In this document: positions 50,309-64,000 of the stretch, in pieces
Layout: each line of letters opens with the position of its first letter
Numbering within the stretch: position 1 is the stretch's first letter
Assembly: GCA_964016885.1 (NCBI GenBank)
Contig: OZ024740.1
Coordinates: 99,386,001 to 99,450,000, forward strand
Direction: 5' to 3'
From: Eledone cirrhosa
Lineage: Eukaryota
Length of the DNA stretch: 64,000 nt
Position numbers and translations under genes: made by a program
Notes under the pieces: model-generated
Database searches by the model: none
What the model saw: only the letters and a program-made list of their open reading frames with translations
What the model was told of the DNA's origin: nothing

Positions 50309-51198
50309 TCTATATATATAAAACTGAGGATGTCTGCCTGTGTGTGTGTGAGTTTGAATCCCCAAAACTCGAGAAACACCCAACCTACTGTTTTCAACCT
50401 TTACAAATATAATACTTATGTTTCAGGGAGTGTTCTGAGCCAAAACAATTTCAAATTTTCCATGCCCAGGGACCACATTAGGCGATTTAGCGATCTCTCT
50501 CTATAATTGTTAGTCTTTCTCTTTTTAGATAGATACATACATATAACGTCGCGCCCTTATAATATCTGTCTGTCTGCATTACGTCACTTCCCCGAGGATG
50601 TCAGTGTGTGTGGGGGTGTGTGAGTGTGTGTCTGTGAGTTTGAATCCCTAAAACTCGAGAAGTACCCAACCGATTTATTTCAAACTTTACATGTGTATTA
50701 TTTATGTTTCAGGGAGTTTTATGCACAAACTCAACTTTTTGATACCCTAGGGCCTGCATTAGGGGAAAAAACTCCATTTTTTCAGTTATTAGGCTTTTTT
50801 CGAGGCGTTACGTCAGACCAATTTCCTTGAAATTGTAACTATGTACTAGTCAGTCTCTTCTTCATACTGTGAGCAAAGAAAATCCAACTTTTTTATGGCC
50901 GCATTAGGTGAAAAACTTCCTTTTTTCAGCTTTTAAGGCTTTTTTGAGGCGTTACATTTCAAGGCATATTATGCACATAAAAAAATTCATTTTCTTGATC
51001 CCCTAGTGCCCGCATTAGGTGAAAACCTTCATTTTTCCTGCTTTATCAAGGAAAATCTTAAAGTTTATCCAGCCATCAGAGTATTCCGTTTATTTTTTTT
51101 ACATACTGTCCAGGCATGCAGTTTTTCCACGATTAGGACTGTTGGCGGCCAACGTTTCAAAATACATTATCCCATGCAAAGCCGGGTACCACTGCTAG
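50309..51198 (+). mobile_element. Non-autonomous Helitron
   Basis: 5' TC(TATATATATAAAA) and 3' CTAG, inserted between A and T; imperfect GC-rich subterminal hairpin CCC...CGGG; internal duplications. Confidence 0.75.
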
Positions 51199-51652
51199 TA
51201 TAATCTAAAACAGAGACAATTGGAATCAAAATCAAGCCAAATATATACATTATTTCACATATATATTTATGTAGGTATGTATGTATGCATGAATCGCAAT
51301 GTATGTGGCTATCAATAACGGGATTTTTCAACTGTCTGAAGTCACACATAACAGGAAGAAAGTGAGACATTAGTGAGATGGTTCTACTACCTTGTTTTCT
51401 GCAGTAGATTTACAATGAGTATCACTTGATTTGCAAGTCAGATGGTGGACTGACCAGGCATGGTATAATGCATGAAGACACACCCCAGTCAGTAATGCAA
51501 GGAGACAGAGAGTTCATGCGTAACAGTTGTGAATGTGCCTGCAAAACAAAAGCGTGACTGAAAAGTCACCTGTGTGGACATGACTGTGCAATGTTCAATG
51601 AAGGGTTGGCACTCTTCAGAAATGTAGCAATCAACATGTATGTAAGTATTTC

Positions 51653-51734
<82 letters not shown>

Positions 51735-52417
51735 GTGTGTATATAAATGGCTACTACAGGACTAGAACTGTTTCATTCGAAAGAAATCATCAGGAAAGCC
51801 AACTGTCAATGTGATATGGTGGTATTTATACACTTTCTGCAGGTAGGGGATACATAGTTAACTAATCTAGACATCATCAGCCAATTCGTTTCAAATTTAA
51901 GTTAAATGAGAGGCAGGAGCGAGGGGTAGGAAAGGGGGTTGAGATGAGGAGGAAGAAAGAACTGGGAGGAAAAAGAGGCGGTAGGATAGTAGAGAAGAAA
52001 GAAGACGAAAGTAAAGTAGAAAACGAAAACAATAAATGAGCTAGACAGATAAACAATACAACAGGACATGAGGCACTATGGAGAGTAGGGCAAGGTCACA
52101 ATGGGAGGCCAGAAGGCTCTTGTTTGCATGGGTAGAGGTTCAATCAGCAAAGGGGTGAGAGGCAGGAAGGAATGGTGGTAAGGGGGAAGAGGATCAACTA
52201 GAATGAACTTCTACTTATGCAAACAATAGCCATGCAACCTCTTCTCCTTATTCCTTTAACACCTTCATTACTTCTCTCCCACACCTAATTAATCAAATGA
52301 TCTTTCTCCTTTCCCTTCCCCCCCCCTCCTCCTTCCCATCTACTGCAGCAAAATACCTATTCCATGATATGCATCCCCCACCCCACCACCCAAGATCTAC
52401 CAACTACGGCACCTATA

Positions 52418-52605
52418 AATAATTGTTTCTACTTTAGGCACAAGGCCAACAATTATCCCAGTGCATTACTGGTACTTTATTTTATCGACCCCGTAAGGAT
52501 GAAAGGCAAAGTCAACCTCGGCGTGATTTGAACTCAGATCGTAAAGGGACGTAACTATGCTGGAAAGCATGGCGTCCTACCCTCTACCGATACTGCCAAT
52601 CTAAT
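52418..52605 (-). mobile_element. Meta-like tRNA SINE copy
   Basis: Reverse complement of 14939-15121. Confidence 0.85.
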
Positions 52606-52832
52606 TAGAACCAATCATTCCAGGTGATTTCATATTAATTGAACAGTTCTAGTCCTGCAGAAGTAATTTCTATGTATAATTGTTAATACAGATTCTTATG
52701 CTCTACTCATGTATTGAGTAGTTTTTTTTAACTGTGGTGGTTACCATCCCTCCCAACGCAATTCGGAAACTTATGTATATATATATATATATATAAATGA
52801 ACGTATATATATATATATACATATAAATAAAC

Positions 52833-52889
<57 letters not shown>

Positions 52890-52925
52890 AAAGAATAAAG
52901 GTGTAACACACAAGTTATGATATAC

Positions 52926-53277
52926 TGGTAAACGGAAAAGGAAATGCTGACAAATAGTTCACAGTGAAAAATAGTTTAATTAGGAATAAGTGAGAATTAG
53001 TAATAGTATTGGTTAGTATTCAGTTTTGGTTTTAAGTTTTACCGGTTGCGCATTTCTAATGCTTTTCAAAAATAATTTCCGTGATGTTTGCTCTAATCTA
53101 AGCAAACATCTCGGACGCTCTATCTCAAAATTATTTTTGAAAAGCATTAGAAATGCGCAACCGGTAAAACTTAAAACCAAAACTGAATACTAACCAATAC
53201 TATTACTAATTCTCACTTATTCCTAATTAAACTATTTTTTACTGTGAACAATTTCTCAGCATTTTCTTTTCCGTTTA

Positions 53278-53280
<3 letters not shown>
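52926..53280. mobile_element. Fold-back (hairpin) mini-element with variant HHR in each arm
   Basis: ~150-bp near-perfect arms around a ~50-bp spacer; TTT-TTGAAAA-GCATTAGAAATGC-GCAA-CCGG-TA-AAA at 53134-53169. Confidence 0.75.
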
Positions 53281-53373
<93 letters not shown>

Positions 53374-53393
53374 ATATATATTATATATATATA

Positions 53394-53572
<179 letters not shown>

Positions 53573-53585
53573 ATATATATATATT

Positions 53586-53622
<37 letters not shown>

Positions 53623-53636
53623 GGACGTGTATATAT

Positions 53637-53893
53637 ATCATCATCATCACCGTTTTACGTCCTTTCTCCCTCGCTAGCATGGGTTAGATGGGTTTTCCTG
53701 TTGTGGGCAGTGTCTGGTCGGCTGACCTTGTCTTGCTCATACAGGAACTGATTCTGGCTTGATTTCTACAGCTGGAAGCCCTTCCTAACACCAGCCTCAT
53801 TTACATTGAGTGGTGGGTGCTTTTTTTCCGTGTCGCCTACACGTCCACTTTACAGTGTGGCTGGGTGCTTTTTTGCCGTGGCACCTCCACGAC

Positions 53894-53897
<4 letters not shown>
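53637..53897 (-). mobile_element. RTE LINE 3' UTR fragment
   Basis: Reverse complement of ~39670-39930. Confidence 0.8.
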
Positions 53898-53925
<28 letters not shown>

Positions 53926-55037
53926 GCAAAAGTTCTATTTAAATTGTTGGGACACAACAAGCAAATATTTTTATAACTGATATAAAGCACTCGACAAATA
54001 TTTGGAGTAGATAAACGATATTAATAAATGGTAATTATATTTATAAAACCATATTAATGTCATTATATATACTTCAAGGATACCAAGTTAAATCATGGTA
54101 TGCCTTCATCAGACAAAATACAATATATAACAGTTTTATAAATAGACATTGACGTACCCTTTTAAAAGTGACCGTTGTTTTTGGAGGCCATCAGGATAGT
54201 GGTTTGTTTACTTTAGTACGTCATAGTGTTAAGAGTAAGTAAAAAGATGGAGAGAGAGAGAGAAACGTGGAGAAAAGAAAGGGAGAGATAGATAAAGAAA
54301 AAGAAGAAAGCAAAAAGAAAAGAGAACAGAGGAAAATAACGGGGAGATATCAAACCATCAGACAGAGAAAAAAACTCAAGAGAGAGATATATAGAGATAG
54401 AGAGAGGGGGGGGGGGGAGAACGAAAACCTTAAGTTATGTCATATTAAGTTGAGTTAACAATTGAGATGAAATGAATAAATAAAATTAGAAATATTAATA
54501 TTCATGAATGGAATATAGATATATAATATGAGAAATTACACATTGTTTAATTCTGATTAGATATTTAGTTTAAACATTGAGATCAATATATTAAAAATTA
54601 GAATTTAAACATTATAAAATATATATATTGCAAGAGAAATTACCTATCGTATATCACATACACATAGGCAAAGGTACATAAATATATATATATACACACT
54701 CACTCAGAAAATACACATTATATCTACTCCCGCATATAACATATACATACAAAGCATAAGTGATTTTTTTTTTTATTGCTATACATTCCTTGTGTTATTA
54801 ATTAAAGATTTTTAGTATATATATATAAATATATAGGATTAACTTTCATGCATTTATGGCTGTTATAACACATATATAGATACATATGCCGCATATAGAC
54901 ATACGTATACATCAATATACAATATAGTACAATTGAGTATATAAAAATATTTGTTTGTTGTATCCCAACAATTTAAATAGAACTTTTGCATATACTCTGC
55001 TCCTGTATTGTTGAGCGCTTTACAATATAACTGAAAA

Positions 55038-57264
55038 ATGGAATTCTTTAAGATCTCTTCTTCTCTAAAAGACATACCTCTACCTAGGAATAAAGATTTT
55101 GTTAAACAATTAATAGAAAAATCAGACTCCTTTATAAGAAGAATTAGGTGGCGTGCTTTCCACTTCGATAAATCTAATCTAAATGAAAATTTTTCAAATC
55201 TGGATAAAATCTTCAAATCTAAAAAAATCCACCCCCCAACAAACTACTAATGGATTTTGAAAATGATATCGTATCTATCATCCAAAGCATCAAATTCGAA
55301 AACAACTTCAAAGGCCAAGATTACTTAAGAGATATTAAGGATAAGATTGAAAACTTTGAGAAAACGGAGAAAATTCTAGTCAAGTCGGACAAAACTAATA
55401 ATCTTTACGGAATACAAAAGGACATTTATAACGACCTTATATTGAAGGAACTAAGGAAGAAATATAAAGTAGCAAATAAAGACGAACTTGAAAAGCTGAA
55501 TACAGATGCCTCTTGTATAATGCATGAACTAGACATTGAAAATAAAACACAACCCTTCATGCCAAGGAAACCTAAGATCAATACGAAGGATCATAAAAGA
55601 AACTTTGAAAATGATTTACCAGTCAGATTAATTGCACCATCTAAATCTGACCTGGGCAGACTTAGCAAATATATTCTAGACAGAATAATACAACAAATTA
55701 AGAATTTACCTAATGTATCTTACTTAAAATTATGGAAAGGGACTAGTGAGGTTATCGATTGGTTTAAAGAAATTAAATATAACTATAATAATAAGTTTAT
55801 TCAGTTGGATATTGGTAACTATTACTCATCTATCACTCCTAATCTACTGAATAAGGCACTAACTTACGCATTTAAACATACATACCTAACTAGCAATGAA
55901 ATGCACATTATATTATCGGCACAGAAAACATTAATAGAATTTAATAACCAACTTTGGAGTAGGGCAGATAGAAATAATAATTTCGACATAACTATGGGAT
56001 CTTCAGACACAGCTCAGGTAACGGACCTTGTGGGCCTATTTATAATTAATTCTCCTCATAGAAAATACCAGGTGTAACCGGAGGCTTATATCGTGACGAC
56101 ATGCTTTTACTTATAGAAAATAATAGCTGTGAACTAAATAAAAAGAGAAAACAAATTATACAATTTTTTAATTACCTTAATCTAAAAGTAGAAATAGAGA
56201 ATAACCATAAAATAGTCAATTTTCTAGATGTAACACTAAATCTCAACACATGTCTTCATTATCCATTTCACAAACTAAATGAGAACTTAAATTATGTCAA
56301 TTTTAACTCTAATCACCCCAGATCCGTTAAAAATACTATAGTGAACTCTGTTCAAGAACGAACTTCAAGAATTTCATCTAATAAGAATATATTTGATGAA
56401 CAAGCGCATTATTACAACGAAGCGTTAGGTAGAGCTGGGTATAGAAATAAAATTAAATACATCGATAATAATAATAATATACAAAATAACCAAAATAATA
56501 ACAACTTTAATTATGGTAACAATTTCAACAACTATAATAGAAAATATTACAATAACTCGGAAAGCCGAAAAGGAAATAGAACTAGAAATATATTATGGTT
56601 CGCTCCTCCTTTCTCACTAAATATTAAAACCCCTATTGCTAAACTATTCTTTAAAGCTCTTGACAAACGGTTCCCTAGAACACATAAATATTACTCAATT
56701 TTTAATAGACATACTATAAAATTAACTTACTCTTCCACCAAACATTTAGCGCAAAATATTAATAGAATTAATAATAGAAATTTAAAATCTAACCAAAATA
56801 CCAATAATAACCCAAGCAATATTCAATCGAATAACTGTAACTGTAGAAATAAATCCAACTGTCCGTTAAATAAAAACTGCTTAGCTAAAAATGTAGTTTA
56901 TAATTGTAATGTTAAAACTAATTTAAATTCATTTAATTATGTCGGTTCTACCTCTACAGAATTTAAATCCCACTTCAATAATCATAAACATTCTTTTACA
57001 GATCCAAACAAAAAATCTTCAGCTTCGCTATCTAGCCTATTATGGGACCTAAAACGAGATAATGTTGAATATTCGCTGATTTGGAATATTATTTCATAAG
57101 CTACTCCTTTTAATTCCTCTTCAGAAAATTGTGATCTTTGTATAGAGGAAATATTTTTTATATTAAAGACCAAAAATTCCCTTAATTTAAGGAATAATTT
57201 ATTCAGTTACTGCAGACATAGATTGAACTCAACGTTTAAATATAGATATACATTTAAAATGTAG
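55038..57264 (+). pseudogene. PLE reverse transcriptase-GIY-YIG endonuclease ORF (Naiad-like) with three lesions
   Basis: SLKDIPLP..SFIRRIRWRAF, KDHK..RLIAP, LDIGNYYSSI, DITMGS, GLYRDD, NFLDVTLNL, WFAPPFS, CNCR..CPL, YVGST, CDLC, CRHR; frameshifts near 55225 and 56055, in-frame TAA at 57097. Confidence 0.9.
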
Positions 57265-58796
57265 TTTAATTAATTAAGTAATTTAGATAATATATGAAAC
57301 CTGTCGATAAATCATTAGATTCCTTCACCTTTTTCATTTTCTTTGGTTAAGTACCCAAGAATAAATTTTCTTCATAAATATAATTATAGATATAATAAAC
57401 TATTCTAGAAAAGTTTATCCTTTCAATATCTTGAATAAAATATACGTAAGATAAATTTCTATACTAAACATATTATTTTAGCTTAATTCTATAATATTTT
57501 TCAAATATTTAAAAATGTTTTTTAATTTTTAATTTTTTAAATTTTTTAATATTTTGATATCTGTAGAATCCTTGTTTTTTAAGTTATATTGATATATTTT
57601 ATTTTTTTTTTATTTTTTTTATTCTTTATTTTTTATTTTTATTTATTTATTTATTTTATTTTTTTTTTTTTTATTAGATTCATTTTATTTTTTATTTTTT
57701 AATTTTTTATTAGATTTGTTTTTCTGATAGCTTCTCATAATTTTTTATTAGATTTATTTTTATTCTGATAGCTTCTCATAATTTTCAAAAGTTTGTCCTT
57801 TCAATATCTTGATTAAAATATACGTAAGATAAATTTCTATACTAAATATATTAAACATATTATTTTAACTTAAAATATTCTATAATATTTTGGGATATTT
57901 TAGTATTTAGATATTTGTAGAATTCGTTTGTCTTTTAAGTTATATTGATATAATTATATTTCCAAAATATAATCCTTTTGTATTTTATATACTCAACTGT
58001 ACTATGTTGTATATTGATGTATACGTATGTCTATATGCGGCATATGTATCTATATATGTGTTATAACAGCCATAAATGCATGAAAGTTAATCCTATATAT
58101 TTATATATATATACTAAACAATTTTAATTAATAACACAAGGAATGTATAGCAATAAATAAAAAATCACTTATGCTTTGTATGTATATGTTATAAGCGGGA
58201 GTAGATATAATGTGTATTTTCTGAGTGAGTGTGTGTATATATATATATTTATGTACCTTTGCCTATGTGTATGTGATATACGATAGGTAATTTCTCTAGC
58301 AATATATATATTTTATAATGTTTAAATTCTAATTTTAATATATTGATATCAATTTTTAAACTAAATATCTAATCAGAATTAAACAATGTGTAATTTCTCA
58401 TATTATATATCTATATTCCATTCATGAATATTAATATTTCTAATTTTATTTAATCATTTTATCTCAATTGTTAACTCAACTTAATATGACATAACTTAAG
58501 GTTTTCGTTCTCTTCCCCATCTCTCTATATATCTCTCTCTTGAGTTTTTCTCTGTCTGATGGTTTGATATCTCCCCGTTATTTTCCTCTGTTCTCTTTTC
58601 TTTTTGCTTTCTTCTTTTTCTTTATCTATCTCTCCCTTTCTTTTCTCCACGTTTCTCTCTCTCTCTCCATCTGTTTACTTACTCTTAACACTATGACTTA
58701 CTAAAGTAAACAAACCACTATCCTGATGGCCTCCAAAAACAACGGTCACTTTTAAAAGGGTACGTCAATGTCTATTTATAAAACTGTTATATATTG

Positions 58797-58858
58797 TATT
58801 TTGTCTGATGAAGGCATACCATGATTTATCTTGGTATCCTTGAAATATATATAATGAA
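58797..58858 (+). ncRNA. HHR motif of the Naiad pLTR (mirror ~54060-54118 with GAAA>GAAG)
   Basis: TTGT-CTGATGA-AGGCATACCA...TGGTATCCTT-GAAA-TATATA; stem I register ambiguous. Confidence 0.6.
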
Positions 58859-58900
58859 ATAAATATGGTTTTGTAAATATAATTTCTATTTATTAATATC

Positions 58901-58934
<34 letters not shown>

Positions 58935-59044
58935 GGATTTAACAACGATGATGATGGTGATATATATAGAATAAGGAAATAGTAAAAATACTCTTATGTG
59001 GAAAATCCACGTTGAGTTCTAGAATTACATCAATGTTTTTACTG

Positions 59045-59075
<31 letters not shown>

Positions 59076-59089
59076 GTATAACTATCTGG

Positions 59090-59152
<63 letters not shown>

Positions 59153-59177
59153 AATGTGTATAACTATATATATATAT

Positions 59178-59222
<45 letters not shown>

Positions 59223-59457
59223 ATTTGAAAACTAGTCTAAAAAAGTGAACAGTGACACTTCCTCCTATAGTGAGGGTGACCAATCCTTTCTGATTGTTTA
59301 GCTTTATCAATCAGCAACTGCTAATTAATCCTATCTAGTCAAACTTGTACTATATTGAAATGAATATCTACAGCAGATATTTTGTATGCAATATGTATAT
59401 AATGTACAGCTTATTCTTGTTACAAAACCATGTGAGTAAACTTCACCAATGATGAAG

Positions 59458-61636
59458 AAAATTCTAAAACGTGTGTGTTATTCTCACATGGCTTCTTATA
59501 TTGTTGTGACATGATCACAGCCTAAAATATTCATAGTGAGATTTATATATGTTTAGTGGAAAGGAATGAAGCTTGCATGCTATGATGAATGTGTTATAGT
59601 AATATAAGTAAACAGCAAATCAGGAACAAACTGAGAGGAATCAGATGCTGTGTCCAGAAGAGGAGATTGCGTTGAACATGTGATGTGTATGAAGGATGGC
59701 AGATGGATAAAAAGGTGCAGAATGCTGAAAGTCGATGAAGACTGTAGAGTGGTGAGATCTAGGAAGACTTGTGATGTGGTGATAAAAGCTGACCTTGCAA
59801 TTGCACCTCTCAAAAGCGATGGCACAGGACCAAGATCTCTGGCGTTAAACAGTAATACATAGGACCCGACTTCCCACAGACACAGTCCGAAGCTGAAGCA
59901 TATATATAGTATGCACCACCCACCCACTTCCATACATCTCCTGTGAGGAGATGCTTAAGTATACATCCAGTGAAGCCTTCAGCCCACACTGTAAAGTGGT
60001 TGTGATGGTGTGACAACAAAGATCACCATGACTACTCACTGTAAACTTGAGATTCGCACTAAGGAGGGCATTCAGCTGTAAAAACCATATATACATATTA
60101 AAATGAAGAGAGATGGTTTTAAATGTCCATCCTTTGTTTATTATACAGTCCTATTATACGTATTTCCATATTTAAGTGAATCTTTTTTACACAGCTATGA
60201 TCTCTGCACAATGGAAACTCTAAACATTAATAATCAATGACACCAAGTAATTAACAAATGTTCTGACCTCTTTAATATTTGTTGGTATAAAATATCTAAA
60301 ACTTTCCAGCGATTATGTAGTTAGCACATTCCGTAGACATTAATCTCCACCTAAACATGAACGTAATCACTAAATCTATAGAATCAGTGCATCAGTACAT
60401 AGATACACAGGAATCTCCTTCTCTAATATAACCTGGAAATATAAATACATAACCTTAAGATCAAACAAATAAACAAATAAATAAGTAGATTATTCATATA
60501 AATTATTTAACACTCTGGTAATTTGATACATGAACCTACATACAGTCCCAAGAATGTCAACAAAAATAGAACCTCCAGCAAATCTTATTACTGGAGGTGA
60601 ATGTCCACACAGCAGCATATCAAAAACAAAAACACCACAACATTCCACCTGTCTGATAAGAAAACGTCAGAGGATTATTATGCAACCACTTTGAAATACG
60701 TATAACAGGATTATACAATAAACAAAGGATGTACATTTAAAACCGTCTCTCTTCATTACAATATAGAAATTCCGGTTGGTACTTCATGAGTAACAATCTG
60801 AGGAATACAAATTGTAGAGTGATTTACTTGGTGTCTTTGATTAATAATGTTTAGAGTTTCCACTGTGCAGAGATCATAGCTGTGTGAAAAAGATTCACTT
60901 AAATGTGGATATACATATAATAGGACTGTATAATAAACAAAGGATGGACATTTAAAACCATCTCTCTTCATTTTAATATGTATATATGGGTTTTACAGCT
61001 GAATGCTCTTCTTAGTGCCAATCTCAACTTTACAGTGAGTAGTCATGGTCCTCTTTGTTGTGACACCTACACAACCACTTTACAGTGTGGGCTGAAGGCT
61101 TCACTGGATGTATACTTAAGCATCTCTTCACAGGGGATGTATGGAAATGGGTGGGGTGGTGCATACTATATATATATGTTTCAGCTTCGGACTGTGTCTG
61201 TGGGAAGTCGGGTCCTCTGTATTACTGTTTAACGCCAGAGATCTTGGTCATGTGTCATCGCTTTGAGAGGTGAAATTGCAAGGTCAGCTTTTATCACCAC
61301 ATCACAAGTCTTCCTAGATCTCACCACTCTACAGTCTCCATCGACTTTCAGCATTCTGCACCTTTTTATCCATCTGCCATCCTTCATACACATCACATGT
61401 TCAAGGCAATCTCCTCTTCTGGACACTGCATCTGATTCCTCTTATACTTAGATTCTCTCTCAGTTTGTTCATGATTTGCTGTTTACTGATATTACTAAAG
61501 CACATTCATCATAGCATGCAAGCTTCATTCCTTTCCACTAAACATATATAAATCTCACTATGAATATTTTAGGCTGTGATCATGTCACAACAATATAAGA
61601 AGCCATGTGAGAATAACACAAACGTTTTAGAATTTT
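59458..61636. repeat. ~800-bp inverted duplication with an RTE 3' fragment in both arms
   Basis: 59458-60251 is the reverse complement of ~60822-61636; RTE-like HVMCMKD..IKRC..RKTCDVVIKADL in each arm. Confidence 0.9.
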
Positions 61637-62099
61637 ACCACAAAAGTGGATGGGTTATCTGATCACAAGCATTCCTAAACTGAACGTGTGTGCGTGTTAT
61701 ACTATTGTTTACGAAATGCTATTACGAAATGAGCAAAATGTATTATTGCAATATGTGACAAAGGCTTCCCTTGGGAATTTTAAATTGTACCTAGATGCAT
61801 TTTTCTTTTAACGCACCTATCTTCAATCTGTAAAATGCTACACCTAAAGCAGAGCAATGCCCAACAACCTTTTACTCTAAATCTGGAAGTTGCAAACATG
61901 CCAAACTTATCTGCTTATAGATATGGATAAAAAAAGTGCATAAAATAATAAAGGCATTTAAAATTAAGTATATGAACAGGTTTGTGACATTTGAAAAACA
62001 AAACTGTCCTCATACTTTCTTCCTTCTTTTACATGGAAGAAACATGGATACTCTATCAACATATCTATTTTATGATAAATAAGGAATATGACAGCTGTA

Positions 62100-62290
62100 A
62101 TAATTGTTTCTACGTTTGGCACAAGGCCAGCAATTACCCAGTGCATTACTGGTACTTTATTTTATCGACCCCATAAAGATGAAAGGCAAAGTTAACCTCG
62201 GCAGGATTTGAACTCAGAATGGCAAGGGCCGTAACTCTATGCATCAAAGCATGGCGTCCGACTCTCTACCGATACTGCCAATCCACTGCT
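62100..62290 (-). mobile_element. Meta-like tRNA SINE copy
   Basis: Reverse complement of 14939-15121. Confidence 0.85.
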
Positions 62291-63799
62291 GTAATAATGA
62301 AGAGAATATAAGTGCATAAGAATGATCATCATTTATGAAACCCAAATGCAAATATTTGTCATGAATCTACTTAAGGATACCATGTATGTATGTAACCAGC
62401 TCACCGTTGAAGAACACAAACTGTAACAAACTGTCGTTAACCAAGTCAATTTGTTATTTCAGAAAGCATTCTCTACTGGTGTAAAACCTTATAACAATGT
62501 GTTCGACAAATTCTGCATTTAAAACTCACTAAAAGTTGGAAACTCTTATAAATATTTTGGAAATACAATAAGGATACCTTTTCATGTAATATTTACCAAA
62601 CTGCTATAGATTTGTACCAATGTTAATTTTTGTTAATGCATCCAGGAGAAGGGTTATTGCAGTGGACATTACTCCTTATATATTAACTATAAATATTTTG
62701 TGGTGATTTGCTTTCATTGGGAACATAAACATCACTGTATTTGATGAAGTATTGATGAAAGAATTATTATGTAAGTGTACAATACTGTATATGAGGAGGT
62801 GTGAAAAATTAGAATATTAAAAAATAAATATTAGATATCACTTCAGCCCTAAACATCTAATGACTCTAAATAAGACAAGTTCTTTCCACGTTACAATACT
62901 GTTACATATTTTGAAGGGAATGCAAAACAGTTACACAAACAAATATTTTAGACTACATGATAAAAGATTATCCAACCAATTGGAAAACTTTCAATAACTC
63001 ACTCACTGAAACTGCAGCACACAATTTAATTTTCCGGTGAACAAGGTAGAATTCACCTCATAACACATCGCAATATAACAGGATAGTCTCTTCTTATCAT
63101 TCCAAATGTTTTATATCCTTAAAACTCAAATTTAAATACATTTTTCCATCCTTTATCTCTATAAATGCAACTCTCTGGAACCCAGTCTCATTTTATGTTT
63201 TTATAGCATATAATTTTTCAGACATTTAAGTTACATCACCTCTTGAGGGATCACAATAGTTAAGGTGAGACTGCACATGTTTTTATAATGCACCTCTAAA
63301 AGTAGTGATTTTGTGTATTCTCTTATTTTTCACCCACTTATTCCTGAGGTCATGGGCCTCAAACACTCCTTCCAGTGGGTCCTGTCAGAAACAACCAGCT
63401 CCAATTGTTATAGTTGGATAACATCCATAATCTCAGCTGAATCCCCAGCTGTTATACAACTATTTTGCTCAGGGTCTGACCCTAGGTCTCCTTTTGTCTG
63501 TAAAATCTGTCCGAAATCTTGTATAAACACAACTGTTTCTTATGTTTTAATTTTGTTTAGAAATCTCATTGTATTTAAAGACGACTTTCCTTGCTAAAGC
63601 AGGCTTTAAACTTCCAGGGACCATGACAGCCTTCATACTTATATATGAGGTCGTATCTGAGACAATTTTTTACAGCCAGACACCGTTCTTTGTGCCAGCT
63701 ATTTTAGTCACCTCTTTTGACATGCGGGAATAATGAACCAATTCTAAGCTGTATACGTACATTTATATAAGCACCATTATATTTGATTTATATTGGATT

Positions 63800-63871
<72 letters not shown>

Positions 63872-63875
<4 letters not shown>

Positions 63876-64000
63876 GAGAAAAACCACAGACCCTCCATCT
63901 CAACTCACCTTTTGAAAAGCAGAAGAACTGCGAAACCGGTAAAGGAACCAAATAAATATATATATGTTTTAAAAAAATAAGACTTCAGTTGCATTTTCGA
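63872..64000 (+). mobile_element. Copy of the U3-A8 HHR short repeat (HHR 63908-63945), running off the window end
   Basis: CCTT-TTGAAAA-GCAGAAGAACTGC-GAAA-CCGG-TA-AAGG. Confidence 0.75.

Larger units (their letters stand above)
53922..58902 (+). mobile_element. Near-full-length Naiad-type Penelope-like element with ~930-bp inverted pLTRs
   Basis: ~54015-54950 is the reverse complement of ~57980-58902; ORF lies between; TA-flanked. Confidence 0.9.

Noticed and set aside
51760-51802. Minus-strand CTGATGA-TTTCTTTCGAAT-GAAA-CAG as a functional HHR
   Set aside because: Core is present but stem I does not pair, and the inverted copy at ~52620-52656 is degenerate; counted only as a remnant
54015-58902. 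DNA transposon with long TIRs
   Set aside because: The internal ORF is a PLE RT plus GIY-YIG and the repeats carry an HHR, so they are inverted pLTRs

Overview
AT-rich animal genomic DNA; the SINE sequences and extreme (TA)n density suggest an octopod cephalopod (inference, not verified). I find no host gene exon, and almost all YIYI-type ORFs in the track are (TA)n artefacts. The window is mostly retroelement remains nested in TA microsatellites. Penelope-like elements (PLEs) include one near-full-length Naiad-type copy (55038-57264) flanked by ~930-bp inverted repeats, truncated Naiad copies and a Neptune-like copy. Other elements are three CR1-group LINEs, RTE, R4/Dong-like and HERO-like LINE remnants, several SINE families, a non-autonomous Helitron and a mariner-like remnant. 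The most striking signal is about 15 sequence-distinct cassettes that carry type I hammerhead-ribozyme (HHR) motifs. They mostly sit in tandem and/or fold-back arrays bounded by (TA)n. They include covarying core variants (U3-A8), a U4C variant with long helix extensions, and a GCAA variant. All alignments, folds and boundaries were read by eye and are approximate.
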